Of a stretch of DNA of 64,000 nucleotides, positions 1 through 12,200 are shown piece by piece. Position numbers and translations under genes: made by a program. Numbering within the stretch: position 1 is the first letter of the stretch; each line of letters starts with the position of its first letter. This DNA comes from Schmidtea polychroa (lineage: Eukaryota). The notes below the pieces were generated by a model. It was given only the letters and a program-made list of their open reading frames with translations, was not told where the DNA came from and made no database searches. Location: positions 241,738,001 to 241,802,000 of the forward strand of contig CM097885.1 in assembly GCA_044892525.1 (NCBI GenBank). Reading direction: 5' to 3'.

Positions 1-553
1 TATTTTCTTAATGTCTTTTCTAGCGTAGTAATAGAAAGTGTTGGCAGCGTATACTTGTTTATTATATTTAATATTTTTATTAAAACAATATTCATTTTTA
101 AAAATTTATACACGTTTTCGCTAACTCATTTTAGTTTCATTAACTAAACTTCATTAAAATTAATGAATTTCGGTTTATTGAAATTTCTTCCACAAAAGAA
201 GTAATTTTACATTTCAAAAAAATATAAAAATTTATTATTTATTTTAAAATAAACATTAAAATTTCGAATTAATTGAATAAATATTTTGACTAATTGAAAT
301 TTTAGTCTCAAATTATCTTGAAATATCATTGACCTTTTTTATTTTCGAGAGAATATGCCTTTAACATACAAAGAGATTCAACCGAATCCTCGACGAGAGA
401 AGACCTACGTTTGGTGACTATTACCTAAAGTGATTTTCATATTTACTATATTTGTCATAATTAAAAATGAAATTATAATTAAAATCTGTTAATTCAAATA
501 ATAATCCATATAATAAAATAAATAATTTAATTTATTAATTTAATTGATTTTCC

Positions 554-642
554 ATTTATTAAAAAACTTGACTATGAATCAGTAAAGATATCGATGTTTT
601 TTTTATATCTTTACTGATTCATAGTCAAATTTTTTAATAAAT
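554..642. repeat. Near-perfect hairpin (38-bp arms, 13-nt loop) made of two abutting ends of a dispersed repeat family, probably Merlin TIRs
   Basis: Left arm 554-591 atttattaaaaaacttgactatgaatcagtaaagatat matches the reverse complement of 605-642 at 37/38 positions. Related sequence occurs at ~9180-9300, ~36500-36588 and ~51060-51130. Confidence 0.85.
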
Positions 643-1899
643 ACAATGTCAATTGAAAAGAAATTAGTTGTGGAAATTGAAAAAGGTTTTTATAATTGAT
701 TTTGTTTAAATTAAAAGTAAAAATTCAAAATGATCGAAGAGATTCAATGGTAAGGATTTTAGACAATATGAATTAAAATGGTAATCACTATCACTCAGAA
801 TACTTCAGGTAACTGGAATCAATATTGAAGAATTTAAACAAAGTTCCGGTTGGAATTGTTGGAAGACTGTGGTTTTTATTGATTCTGTAAATATTCCTTG
901 TCCATTCCGTTATTGCTGCCATCAAGAATTTAAGAAAAAAGAAGTAGTACTGCCTAACACTGAAGTGAGTCTAAAATACTCCCACATTATAGTGTGACTG
1001 AAAATCCCAGTGTTTTTAGCATCAGTGTAAAATCCATGTAAAAAATAATGAACCTTATTAGATCACAAAAATACTGTACAAAAATACTGTACAACAATAC
1101 CAAGTCCAAATTCTCTATGTAAAAATGCCTGACACTAAAGTAAAACCAAAATTTCCTTTGCTATAGTTTGATCGCTTCACACTGACATAGTAGTAGTAAC
1201 CCACTGCCACAGCTTCTCATTAACATAATGAGGTAAGAGGGTACAGGAAAATAAATAACTCAGTCTTATAAAATTAAATAATCAGGTTAATTTCATGTAG
1301 AAAATGGTGTTTATGGATGCTTTAGATTTTTTTGAAAACAAATAATTTTGTCTATCTTAAGGGATAATCTGTTCCTCACATATTTTCATATGGTTGTACT
1401 ACTGAAAATATTGTATTTTTAAATATAATAAGTTATTTCTTGTTTAACTTTCCCACGTAAGTCTGCAATTTCACTTGTTAATTAAATGTATTATAATGTT
1501 AACAATAATATATTATTATTATGAGGTTTGTACAGGCTATGTGGAAAAGAAATTGTAAAGTCCAGCCGAGTCACCAGTAAAATAAGTCAACAGACAGCTG
1601 AGGTGTCTGTATGTATATGTAGTGAATTGTCTGTGTGTATGTGTAATAGTTTACATAATTAACTAAAAATAATAACAGATATTAACAAGTTTTAAACAAT
1701 TGTTTTATTAAACATAAATTAATACTTTAGAGTCAGTATTGTTCAAAATGGCCAAATTATTTATCTTAAATTTCAGATGTTAAATTTCATTTAAACGTTA
1801 AAAATTAATCTTTTTCTATTCTTAATATTAATTTTTTTAATCAATTCTTTTCTGACTTTTGATTTTCAATTTAAAACCTATTTTAATTTATCATAAAGC

Positions 1900-2193
1900 C
1901 AGTGTCGGTTTTAGGTATAGGCGACATAGGCGGCTGCCTTGAGCAGCATTATTTAAAGGGGCGGCAAAATTATGAAAAATTAAAATTTAAAAATATTTTT
2001 TATATTATGAAAATTATTTGTTGTACTTTTAACTACTAATATTACTTTTATATATCACAAAAAATATATTGCTTTTTTATGTAGCACTCAATTGTCTAAG
2101 GCCGGCACTGCGATCACCCCGTGGAAACAGATCAACCAAGCTGATTACTTGCCTAGAGCGGCATAATTTCAAAATTGTCTAAAGCTGGCAATG
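1900..2193. mobile_element. hAT-type MITE
   Basis: Left end cagtgtcggttttag. Degenerate right ends at 2096-2110 (ctaaggccggcactg) and 2179-2193. The 8-bp flanks cataaagc / catagagc differ by one base. Another hAT-like end (cagcggttcttaaa) starts at 2201. Confidence 0.6.
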
Positions 2194-3395
2194 CATAGAG
2201 CAGCGGTTCTTAAATTTTTACTTCATGGGCCACGCGTTAAAATATCTGCAATCTGCGATTCATCATATAATATTTCGACTTTTTATATTGGAATAACAAA
2301 GACCCAAATATTTGACAGATGTAATTGATAATTAGATAATTACACAATAAATGAGCACATCGAAAACAAAAAAAATAACATTTATTTAAATAGAAAAAAC
2401 TACTTTCAATTGAGTGTAAAAACTTATTCAAATAAGTATAAGGAATTAGGCTCAACGCTAAATTTTGACATAATTTCGTGTTGAAATCAGAGATTCGGAC
2501 TTGTATCTTTACCTCAGGAAAATCACAATTGCATCAACACCAAAATTAAACATTGCTAATAACATGTTCCATGAATATCTGAAAATTCACTATCTAGAAA
2601 CTAGAACTTTAATTAATGGATTTACCCATTAGTTACTGTAATCCCCAAATAAAGATTAGTGTATTTTACAGTTCTAATTTTAAAATTTGGCATCACTGGA
2701 CCTTTGCAGTTGGTAGATACTAGCAACATAACCTAACTTATCAGTTCACAGTCCTTTTTCGTATTGTGAAAGTTTTTAGAAGTGTACTCATCAATATTAA
2801 GTAAATTTGAAAAAATATTAATTTTAATCTGGGAGTTAATAGGTTAAAATTAAAATGATTATTACATAAATTCGTTGAAACAAATATAAATTTTGTTTTA
2901 TAGATTTAGATTTATTGAAATTTTATTGTTTTATTGTTTGTATCAATTTAACTTTTTTATCATCCATCTTTTTTTATATTTATTCTATTTTCATTTTTAA
3001 CATTCTTTATTTTCTATTCTTTTCAGATTATATTTTCGAATATAAAAATATATTTATCGTTAATCTGAAAAAGAAAAATTTTAATAAAAGTTATTATTAA
3101 TTAATCCGTTTGTTTTCTATAAATACTTTATTTAATACATAACAAATAAAATTTATGAAATTTAAATTTAAAAAAATGACTGCAGTAAAACAAAATCAAT
3201 ATTTTTCAACCATTTTACCAATTAAATGAGTAGACAATTTTGCTTACCATAGCTACAAGTTTAAAACAAAATTTCTGTTAATAAAAAGATATTTATAAAA
3301 ATACAATTGTTTCTCACCAGTGAATTAATCAACTGTGAAAATTGATAATTTATGTTTGAGTGAATTTCATTTTAATCAATTCATTTCATCAGAAA

Positions 3396-5817
3396 ATGTC
3401 AGAGAAAAATGAAAGAAAATCAGCCTTTGAAAAACTCGAAATCACTCTTTCAACACTGAACAACAGCACTGGTCAAGAAATAGTTCCAGGAGACTTACTG
3501 ATGATTCTTAGAAGTTGTGGATTTTTAATTTCATCTTTGTCGATGCAATTAATTTCAGAAAATTTATCGAAAAAATTAATAAATTTCAGAGAATTATCTG
3601 CTTCTCTAAATTTATATAAAATTCCTGTATCTGGTGAGCCTTTGGATGAAATTGAGAAATTCGAGGTAAAAGTTTAATTATGTTATCTAATTTTGAATAA
3701 ATTAATGTGGAACTCTTATAACGGAGGACTCTCAAAGTTCTAGTACCAAAAGATAGACCCTATTAATATAGAGTATGAATAGATAATATGAATAGATTCC
3801 TCTGAGCTATCTAGGTTGTGGATATTTCTCATTTTATTACGCTTTAAATATTTATTCGTCTTAAAACTTACAGATTTTATAGTTTTATAGAGTAGATATT
3901 ATAGAGTAGATAATAATAATAATAATAAATTAATGTGGAACTCTTATAACGGAGGACTCTCAAAGTTTGTATNNNNNNNNNNNNNNNNNNNNNNNNNNNN
4001 NNNNNNNNNNNNNNNNNNNNNNNNNNNNNNNNNNNNNNNNNNNNNNNNNNNNNNNNNNNNNNNNNNNNNNNNNNNNNNNNNNNNNNNNNNNNNNNNNNNN
4101 NNNNNNNNNNNNNNNNNNNNNNNNNNNNNNNNNNNNNNNNNNNNNNNNNNNNNNNNNNNNNNNNNNNNNNNNNNNNNNNNNNNNNNNNNNNNNNNNNNNN
4201 NNNNNNNNNNNNNNNNNNNNNNNNNNNNNNNNNNNNNNNNNNNNNNNNAGCATTACCGTATTTGTCCGAATATAACGCGACAATTTTTAACATTTTATTT
4301 TTATTAAATTTTGGTTTAAATTAATTAAATTTATTGTCATGAATATAACTTATGTATTACTTTTAATTACCTAACCAAACGCTTATCTGATTGAATTTCC
4401 CTTAATTTTAATTTTTTATGAGTATTTTTTTTCTAAATTCGCGTCGCGTTATATTCGGGCTAATACGGTAATTAAATTTTAAACAATTAAATGACAATTT
4501 AAGCCTTTTGCAGCGAATAATATATTTAATACAAATGAAAAAAGTTTTAACTATAAAATACTCTTTGTTTATTTTCTCTCGATTAATTGACAGGGTCTAT
4601 CTTTTGGTACTAGAACAAAATGTCCGAGGTAAAAATTTCCCAGGTCGAAAAATCCAAGGTCAATAATGTCCCGGTCAAATTGTCCCAGATCCCTATTTTT
4701 CACACCTGTTTATTTTTAGTGGTTGCCTGTTGTGTGGGCGTGACGAAAAGAGTAAACTCTGGACCATTCAGGTAGTAGATTCTGGTGTAGGACATGAAAA
4801 AGTGAAAAATAATCTGGCTTTATGCGATTCGCTTACGCAAGGAGAGGGGACATGTCATCGCAAGTGTCAGTTTAACTAAACGAGCGTATCTATGCTGAGC
4901 CGAGGTTTGACATAGGTCTATGGAATCAATTCGATAGAGTTGTGAATGAGCTTCCTCTAAGCAACAACTAAGTCGAAAGTTGGCATAATGCATTTAATAA
5001 CTCGGTTGCAATCGCACATCAATCACCTGCTAAACTTGCAAGAAAGCTTCAGATGGAACAACACAGTATGGCCGTTTTCCGTAGTCAGAAAATGGATCTT
5101 GATCAACCACAACCGAAAATAGAAATTGTGTCAAATAAATCTATGAAACATTATTTACAGTGCTTTCTGATTACAGCAATCGTGATCATCTGCAATAGCT
5201 AACAGATACGATTTAGATACGATTTAAAATAACTTCCCAACGAGTACACGAATTTTTTGATTGTTTATTGTATAGGACAAACTGTTAGCAATAATGTTCT
5301 TTCGTATTTCTAGACTTTAAGTTCCACTAACCGCACCTCATTATGTCTATTCCTCAAATCATGACTTTTTTGATGCGACGTTTGTGTTCTTCTTTATTGG
5401 ACATAAGCTTTTTGTCGTACTACGCTCCTATAAATGATCATATTTCATTCTCAACACTCAACTTACCAAAACCAACTTATAGATACTTAACCAAACAATT
5501 TGGATTCAAACATCAACCTCTAAATGTTGTCAAAGCCTGCAATACCAAAATTTGATTCCAATTTCACTAGATGTTAAATTGGGATTCAGTCAATCAGTGT
5601 CCTGAGAACTTTAGTATTATCATCCAAAGATGTATTTTTAGAATGAATTATTTAATAACATATATAATATGCTGAGAATAATGTATATCACCAATTCAAT
5701 CTGTAATTATACAAGTCGAAACTAAGTCAAATAAGTAATAAATAATAATAACTAAATACTCAAAATTATAAAATTTCTTAAAAATATAAGGAAATTAGGA
5801 GTGACTTTTTCAATTAA

Positions 5818-5885
<68 letters not shown>

Positions 5886-6397
5886 TACTATTATTATTAG
5901 TTTCAAATTTATAAATTAATTATTTAAATAAAGTTTTTAATATGATGTTCAATAAACTATTTGAATTACATAAAATGTTAGCAATGTTTATGCAAAATAT
6001 ATTTTAAATTATAAAAAATAAATAATCATGTATATTCATGGTTTGTAACTCATACGCCATTTAATGGGATTAATCATATTATTAGAATTTTTGTTTGATA
6101 AAATTTCTGTAATAAGAAATTTGTTTTAATAATATCGAAAGAGAATTAATAATAATTAAATACAGTGAGATTAATTAATAATAATTCCAGTCTATTCGAG
6201 AAGCCTTTTTCGTTCTCAGTAACTCAATAGATGATCGAAGAGAAATTATAAGAGAAAAGCTGAAAAAGATAATGATTGAATTGGGAGATAAAGACGTAAA
6301 TGACGACGACATTGAAAATATGATGCAATATGCGAATCAGCAATTTGGTGGTGATTTGGACTTTTCTCAGTTTATGAAACTAATTATTACTCCATAA
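3396..6397 (+). CDS. Divergent calmodulin/centrin-like EF-hand protein, 158 aa (exons 3396-3665, 6191-6397)
   Basis: AAAATG start; phase-0 intron GAG|gtaaaa ... ttccag|TCT. Exon 2 translates SIREAFFVLSNSIDDRREIIREKLKKIMIELGDKDVNDDDIENMMQYANQQFGGDLDFSQFMKLIITP*, which parallels the calmodulin C-lobe (EIREAF...[21 protein letters not shown]...NYEEFV). Exon 1 has GDLLMILRSCG, like EL..VMRSLG. Confidence 0.8.
3737..4616. repeat. Perfect 25-bp inverted repeat pair spanning a gap (possible MITE ends)
   Basis: gttctagtaccaaaagatagaccct at 3737-3761 and its exact reverse complement at 4592-4616. No clear TSD. Confidence 0.55.
4256..4468. mobile_element. pogo/Tigger-type MITE, 213 bp
   Basis: TA|ccgtatttgtccgaatataacgcgac ... 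gtcgcgttatattcgggctaatacgg|TA: 26-bp TIRs with 2 mismatches and a TA target site. Confidence 0.85.
4620..5160 (+). mobile_element. MULE (Mutator-like) transposase C-terminal relic
   Basis: ~4897-5090 translates EPRFDIGLWNQFDRVVNELPLSNN*VESWHNAFNNSVAIAHQSPAKLARKLQMEQ, matching the animal MULE motif LWN...LPRTNNxxEGWHN. Short ggtcaaaa/tgtccc subterminal-type repeats at 4620-4693. Confidence 0.8.
5818..5898. repeat. (ATT)n microsatellite in the EF-hand gene intron
   Basis: More than 20 uninterrupted ATT units, then act variants. Confidence 0.95.
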
Positions 6398-7887
6398 TTA
6401 TAATTTTTGAAATTTTGTTTTACTAATTTTAGAATGTAATAAAATAAATTATCAAACACATTCTTTGAAATATTTATTTAAGNNNNNNNNNNNNNNNNNN
6501 NNNNNNNNNNNNNNNNNNNNNNNNNNNNNNNNNNNNNNNNNNNNNNNNNNNNNNNNNNNNNNNNNNNNNNNNNNNNNNNNNNNNNNNNNNNNNNNNNNNN
6601 NNNNNNNNNNNNNNNNNNNNNNNNNNNNNNNNNNNNNNNNNNNNNACTTATATATTTCGACACAATATATCACACAATATATTTCGACAAGTTCACGGCC
6701 ATCATCATGTAAAAAAGAAAACCTATATGGATTTTTAATTGCTTATTCGAAGAAAAAAAATCTTAAAAATCTTAAATCAAATAATAAGTTAAATTTTAAA
6801 ACTTATTTAAAATTTATTTATAAATTATTTTCTTTTCACTATAATTAATCAGTTGAAAGTAATCAAGAACTTGAGTAAGTAAAATTACATATTTTCTAAT
6901 GCAACTGCTTTAAGTTATTAAAGATTATTTAAAAAAAAACTATATAACGGTCTTCGTTGTGGTATTATATGTTTGAAATGCAATATGATTACACTCATTG
7001 CCAAATTTATTCTTTCGTAGGCCCTTTATAAATTCTATCACTAAGATGAGACACATACGGTTACTGAAATTGTCCTGTGAAAAGTCTAAAAAAATTGCAA
7101 CGTAATAAAATTTCATAAGTTTTGATAAAGTAAATTTCCTCCGGATTTTCCATACGGATTTTCTGCATTCCTTTTATTAAATACGAGCGTTATAAATTAA
7201 GTAGTTTCAAAAATGTCAATAGTAAACAAAAACAGATCAAAAGTAAAGAAAATGGTTTTAATGAAAATGAAAGTTTTTTTAAAACTAATTGATATTTATT
7301 TGTTTACTTTATTTTATTGCTGTATGATAATTTTGTTTTTTACGTATTAGCTCCAGTTCTGATATTGTGTCGATATATTATAGGTATTAATCTTTATGAC
7401 GGTCATGAGACACATGTGTCTCCCATTAAAATCTTGGTCGTGTAAGTATACCAAAATTATTTCAATATTTCTTTTTCCAAATAATCCGGAAGTATTTTCG
7501 ATATTACAATAAAAATTATTTTCAGCGCGAGTTATTATTTTGTAGTGATCTTTTATCGTAACGATGATTGGTTCCGAATCAGTTAAATCTTCATTTTCAC
7601 AATGTATACAATCTAGGTTCAATGGATTTGATATGGTTTTCTAAACAATACATTTTGCGTCCATCAATAATTCAGAGAGTTCTTTTCTATTATCAGGAAA
7701 TGAAATTTCTTCAATTCGCAAAAGATTTAAAATAAGGTTAACCTACTTTCTGTAATTGTTAGCCCTATGAATTGTCTACCCCGAATTTTAGGTAGTCGCC
7801 AGATTGATCAAAATTTATTAACATTAGTTATGAAAAATTAATGAGCTTGAGTTAAAACAAAATTAATTTTATTAACAAGTAAAAATA

Positions 7888-8251
7888 TATATTATAAAGG
7901 CCCAACACTCACTCACTCACTCACTGATTCTGTAACGCTCAATTTATTTTTCAGTTATATTATATTAAATTTAACTACCTATTGTTATAAGTAACTTAAA
8001 TGAATAAATAAATAATAATTATTTTTTATTATATTATATATAAATATTTATTCATTTACTCATCGATAATCGTATTTTCACGCATAATATTGTGTATAGA
8101 GACATTTTGTAATAAATATATAATTTTTATGAACTGAAAATTTTTTAATCATTCTTTTTACTGAACTCATTCACATACCAATTTTTGTTTTCGAATGGAT
8201 GCAATAACATTAACGCGAAGGACTTGGGATTTTTTTTTAGTAAAACCTAGT
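7888..8251 (+). mobile_element. Possible non-autonomous Helitron/DINE-like element
   Basis: Starts tatattataaagg followed by an (ACTC)n tract and ends in CTAG|T, the typical layout of such elements. No coding evidence. Confidence 0.35.
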
Positions 8252-8262
8252 TATATATTTAT

Positions 8263-8720
8263 TGTTGAAAGAATTAATTCCAATTTTTCAATAAGATTTA
8301 TTTAACTAAAATACAAAATACTATTATTATAAAATAAAAATTATGGCATTAACAATAACAATTATAACAATCAACTAAATTTAAATAAGTTTATATAAAC
8401 TGTATAAATAAACAAATACATAAATTCACTACATTCACTACATTCTCCCCTTCTTACAGATCAAGCCTCAAACGAGATTCATGATGTCTTTGGGATCGAC
8501 GAATTTATTAATTTTCACTGAGCTATTTGACAATAGTTAAGGATTACTTTGTGAAGCAATTCATTTATTTTTGCACCTAATAAATCTGACCCTTCTACTT
8601 GAGGTGTTTCTAAAAAAGAAGTGTTTCTAAAAGTTTACGGTTTTAGTATGAGCGATGATAAGATTTCTAAGAAAGTTGTATAGTTCTATTTTATACTACA
8701 ATTTGTTCAAAAATATTTGA
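8263..8720 (-). mobile_element. Gypsy-type LTR retrotransposon 3' relic
   Basis: Minus strand reads RRSQRHHESRLRLDL* (typical pol end), then polypurine tract aagaaggggagaa (8443-8455), then TGTAGTG LTR start at 8442. The LTR end near 8263 (CAACA) is tentative. Confidence 0.6.
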
Positions 8721-10199
8721 TTCTTTGACAAAATGAAATAAAATTCATTAAAAGCAGAAGTTTTTCTTTACAAATAGCTTTGTTGTAAACTAAAAGTTCT
8801 CGAAACAGCAAAATGAATATTTCCCACTTTGATTATTATTAAACAATTGTGAAATTTTTTTATTAAATCTATAATATCTATAGTTGATCCTACCTAGTAA
8901 TGACAGGAAAACTACCGATATATATCGTGAAATATATATATATATATATATATATTTTATTCACATTAATTTTATTTTTATATTTTAAATCTTTTGATAA
9001 CCATCATTTTAAAACTACAATTTTTATTGATAGATCTAAAATAATACTAAATCAATACAATTTATTAAAATAAAATTAATTTTATTGTTAACATAATTTA
9101 TAAAATCGTTTGTTTTTATCAGCTGTAATACAAAAAAATGTAAACACTTTATATATAATAGATAATTATTATAAGAACTTTTATTTTTTCCAATTTCACC
9201 ACTGATTACTTTTTCCATTGAATTTATTAAAAAGAGGGCTTGAAGACTATAAATCAGTAATATATCGATGTGTGTTGATACTCACGAATTTTCGGCACTG
9301 CCTTTTTCAAGCGAATTTGAACATTATTACATTTAATAATTATTGTTGGAAAAACATTAATTTATTTCGTATTTTATAATAAATTTATTGGTTTAATTAT
9401 ATTTTATTTATATAAATAAATATAAATAAAATATAATTAAACCAATAAATAGATAATTTTTTATATTTTTAGAAATGTTATATTTATGAGCAAATTCACT
9501 AATATTAAGGCGTTTTGTACTAGTTTTACAATGATTTTGATAGACTTATTATTAAATCCAAGTTTTTAATCAATGACTTAAACGTATCTGCACTTCATAA
9601 AAAATCGCAAAATAATTTTATTTTCTAAATTTTCAATTGGAGAGATTTTCCATTTACCAACAAAATTTGTTGTAAAAATATATCAACCAGAATTTATCAA
9701 AACATTTCAAATTTATCTTTTTACCAATAAGAAATTCATAATTATTATAAATTCATTTTCATATTCATTCACATTTATGTTATTAAAAATTAAATTAAAT
9801 TAAACATTTAATTAATTTAATAAATTTTAAAATTTAATAAAAAAATATTTTAGAAGTATTTTAAAGGGGTAATTTTTATAAATAATAATAGTGAATAAAA
9901 TATTGACTATATTTAAAATAATATTTTTGTAGTGTTCGATGTTTAATATTTTGAAATTATTTGTACGAATCAATATACAGAATACGCTGCCTAATTATCG
10001 CCCCTCATTTTCCTCATCTCTATAATATCCTATAATTTTTTGGAACACAAATTTAAATATTTTGAATACAATTTTAATTTTGTTCAAAAAATTACATAAT
10101 TTATTCACATGATGAAATGAGCAAAAATAAATCTTACTATATAATTATAATATATATTTCTTTAAATTCATTGTGAATATTGAGATGAAGTTGGTAATT

Positions 10200-10730
10200 A
10201 GTAGTGAAATTCTATCATACAGGACAATTGCTAACTGTTGGAAAAGTCTGACTACCCCAGAAAAATCAGATGAAGAAATCCCAATTAAAATAACAGAAAT
10301 CAGTTATGTTTAAGATGCAATTCCTTTTACCCAGGTACATTTTATAACTAGTTGCATCAATATCGGGTAATGTGGCACGGTGTCCTCCTTGCTTACTTAG
10401 TGGTACAGAGTGATAATATAACATCTAAAGTTTTAATAAAAGAAGGGCACAAAAAACGTTTAGACGTTATTAAGGACAACAGACCAAAATGGTTAAGAAA
10501 CATTCTTTTAAATAATCGTTTTCGACATCTACAAATATTAAATGAAATTAGTGATCAAGTTAAACTGATTTCTACAATACTTAAAAACGAAACAAGCATT
10601 CAATTACCAGCAATATGAAAACTGGTAAGTAGAGAACTTTAGTGATTAGGAAAGGAAATGAGCTGAAATGCATCCAGAACATCTCGTTTGGGTCAGATAA
10701 ATATGAAGCAATTAAAAGCCCATAGTTGAC
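10200..10730 (+). mobile_element. Possible Copia-type gag/pre-integrase relic
   Basis: Frameshifted GHIANCW zinc-knuckle-like end near 10225 and SRLGQINMKQLK (GAG-pre-integrase WHxRLGHxN-like) near 10683-10720. Many stops. Confidence 0.35.
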
Positions 10731-11829
10731 TGAGTAATATCTATAATTGAAGTAATTGGATTATATTAAAATTTAATTCATTTACGGTTAATATAGTGAA
10801 CTCACTTGAATTTGCTTATTTTTTGACATTTTACGAAATTATTATAACTAATTAAGTAATTTATTTATAGATAAATAAAAAACATTTACAACCAATAAAA
10901 ACTTGATATTAAATTTATATTAGGAATATATTTTGTATTCAAAACTTTAATCAGCTGTTTCTTAACCATTTTCAATAGTTTTGGCATTAATGACAGGCAA
11001 CAACTCCAATTGGGATATTATTATGAGACAGTAAAAATAATATTTAAATTAAAATTTATAAATCTGTCAAATAAATAGACAAATTTCACATTAATTCATT
11101 TATATAATTAGATATTCATTTTTCTGTTCGTCTGAAAATTTTGATGTTTCTCATTTTGTCTCGAATAACAATTAATTTAAATATATATTAAATTAATAAA
11201 ATCCAATAAAATATTTAATAAATTCGAATGGTCTGGTTAGTAGTGACATGTGAGGAATATAAACCAAGCCAATTATCCCAGGATATGCTTTATTACCAAA
11301 ATTTGTAAGGGTACCCCGAAAGTGGGGCATAACATAATTTTATAAAGTTGCGTAATTCAAATATGATGATATAACAATAATTGTAATTGCATAATAGTAG
11401 TAGAATGTGTTCCCACCATTACATATCCCCTCCAGGACACTACTCCTACCCCTTCACCCTCTGTTGAGGAAAAAACATATATTTTTATGTTGGTTACCTT
11501 AATTTCAATGATTTTCATGAAAATTTTCAAAATATTTATGTAGGTCATATACACACACATCTTCTAAAAAATCTTATGTCCCTTCCAGGTCATACACCAA
11601 AGCGCATTTAATTATCATAAATGAGACATTCATTTAGCTTTGTCAAATAAGCTTTGTTCTGGATTTTAGTTAATTTTAAGATTTTTTTAAAAATAATGAA
11701 TAAAGAAGTAAGATATTTATTAATTTATTATAATATACATTAAATTTTTCATAATTTTATTAAAATATCAAGAATTTAGGGAAGAATCTTTAATATGATT
11801 ATTAATATGATTTTTGAAATTATTATGAT

Positions 11830-12200
11830 CTGGTTTTCGAAGTTCCTCGTTAACTGCTTGGAATATTGCAGTAAATCATTCATTGAAGGTAAATCTGTCT
11901 GGAAAACCCATCAACCGAAGAAACTTTAGTCCTTACCCCATTTTTAATTTTGCTCAACACTTTCGATGGGGTTCAAAAATGGATTATATGGCAATTTTTC
12001 TATTTGAATAGTCAATGAAGATATATTATTGTAAATGGATTAGCTCATCTTTGAAAATTGAGACCTCGATTTGTTGGTATATTGTTATAAATTCTATTGT
12101 CTACTCGTGATCTACCGAAGCTCTTGTTCGTCCATCTATTGAAGAGCATTCATCTATGTATTTCTTGAAATGAAATAGTCGATTCTGATGAAGTTTCTGA
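11830..12200 (-). mobile_element. Tc1/IS630-like transposase relic
   Basis: Minus strand KLPYNPFLNPIES..SKIKNGVR matches the LPPYSPxLNPIE catalytic-E motif. Upstream VDNRIYN resembles DNARIH. Confidence 0.6.

Noticed and set aside
2237-2780. hAT C-terminus or LINE reverse-transcriptase relic on the minus strand
   Set aside because: Only faint motif echoes (YLGI, KSKY); too degenerate to support a call.
7463-7483. FGKR-encoding sequence as the second NPY exon (would give canonical RPRF-amide)
   Set aside because: No AG acceptor at the required phase (ggatt|atttgga). The 17763 exon has a proper tttag acceptor and is much closer.
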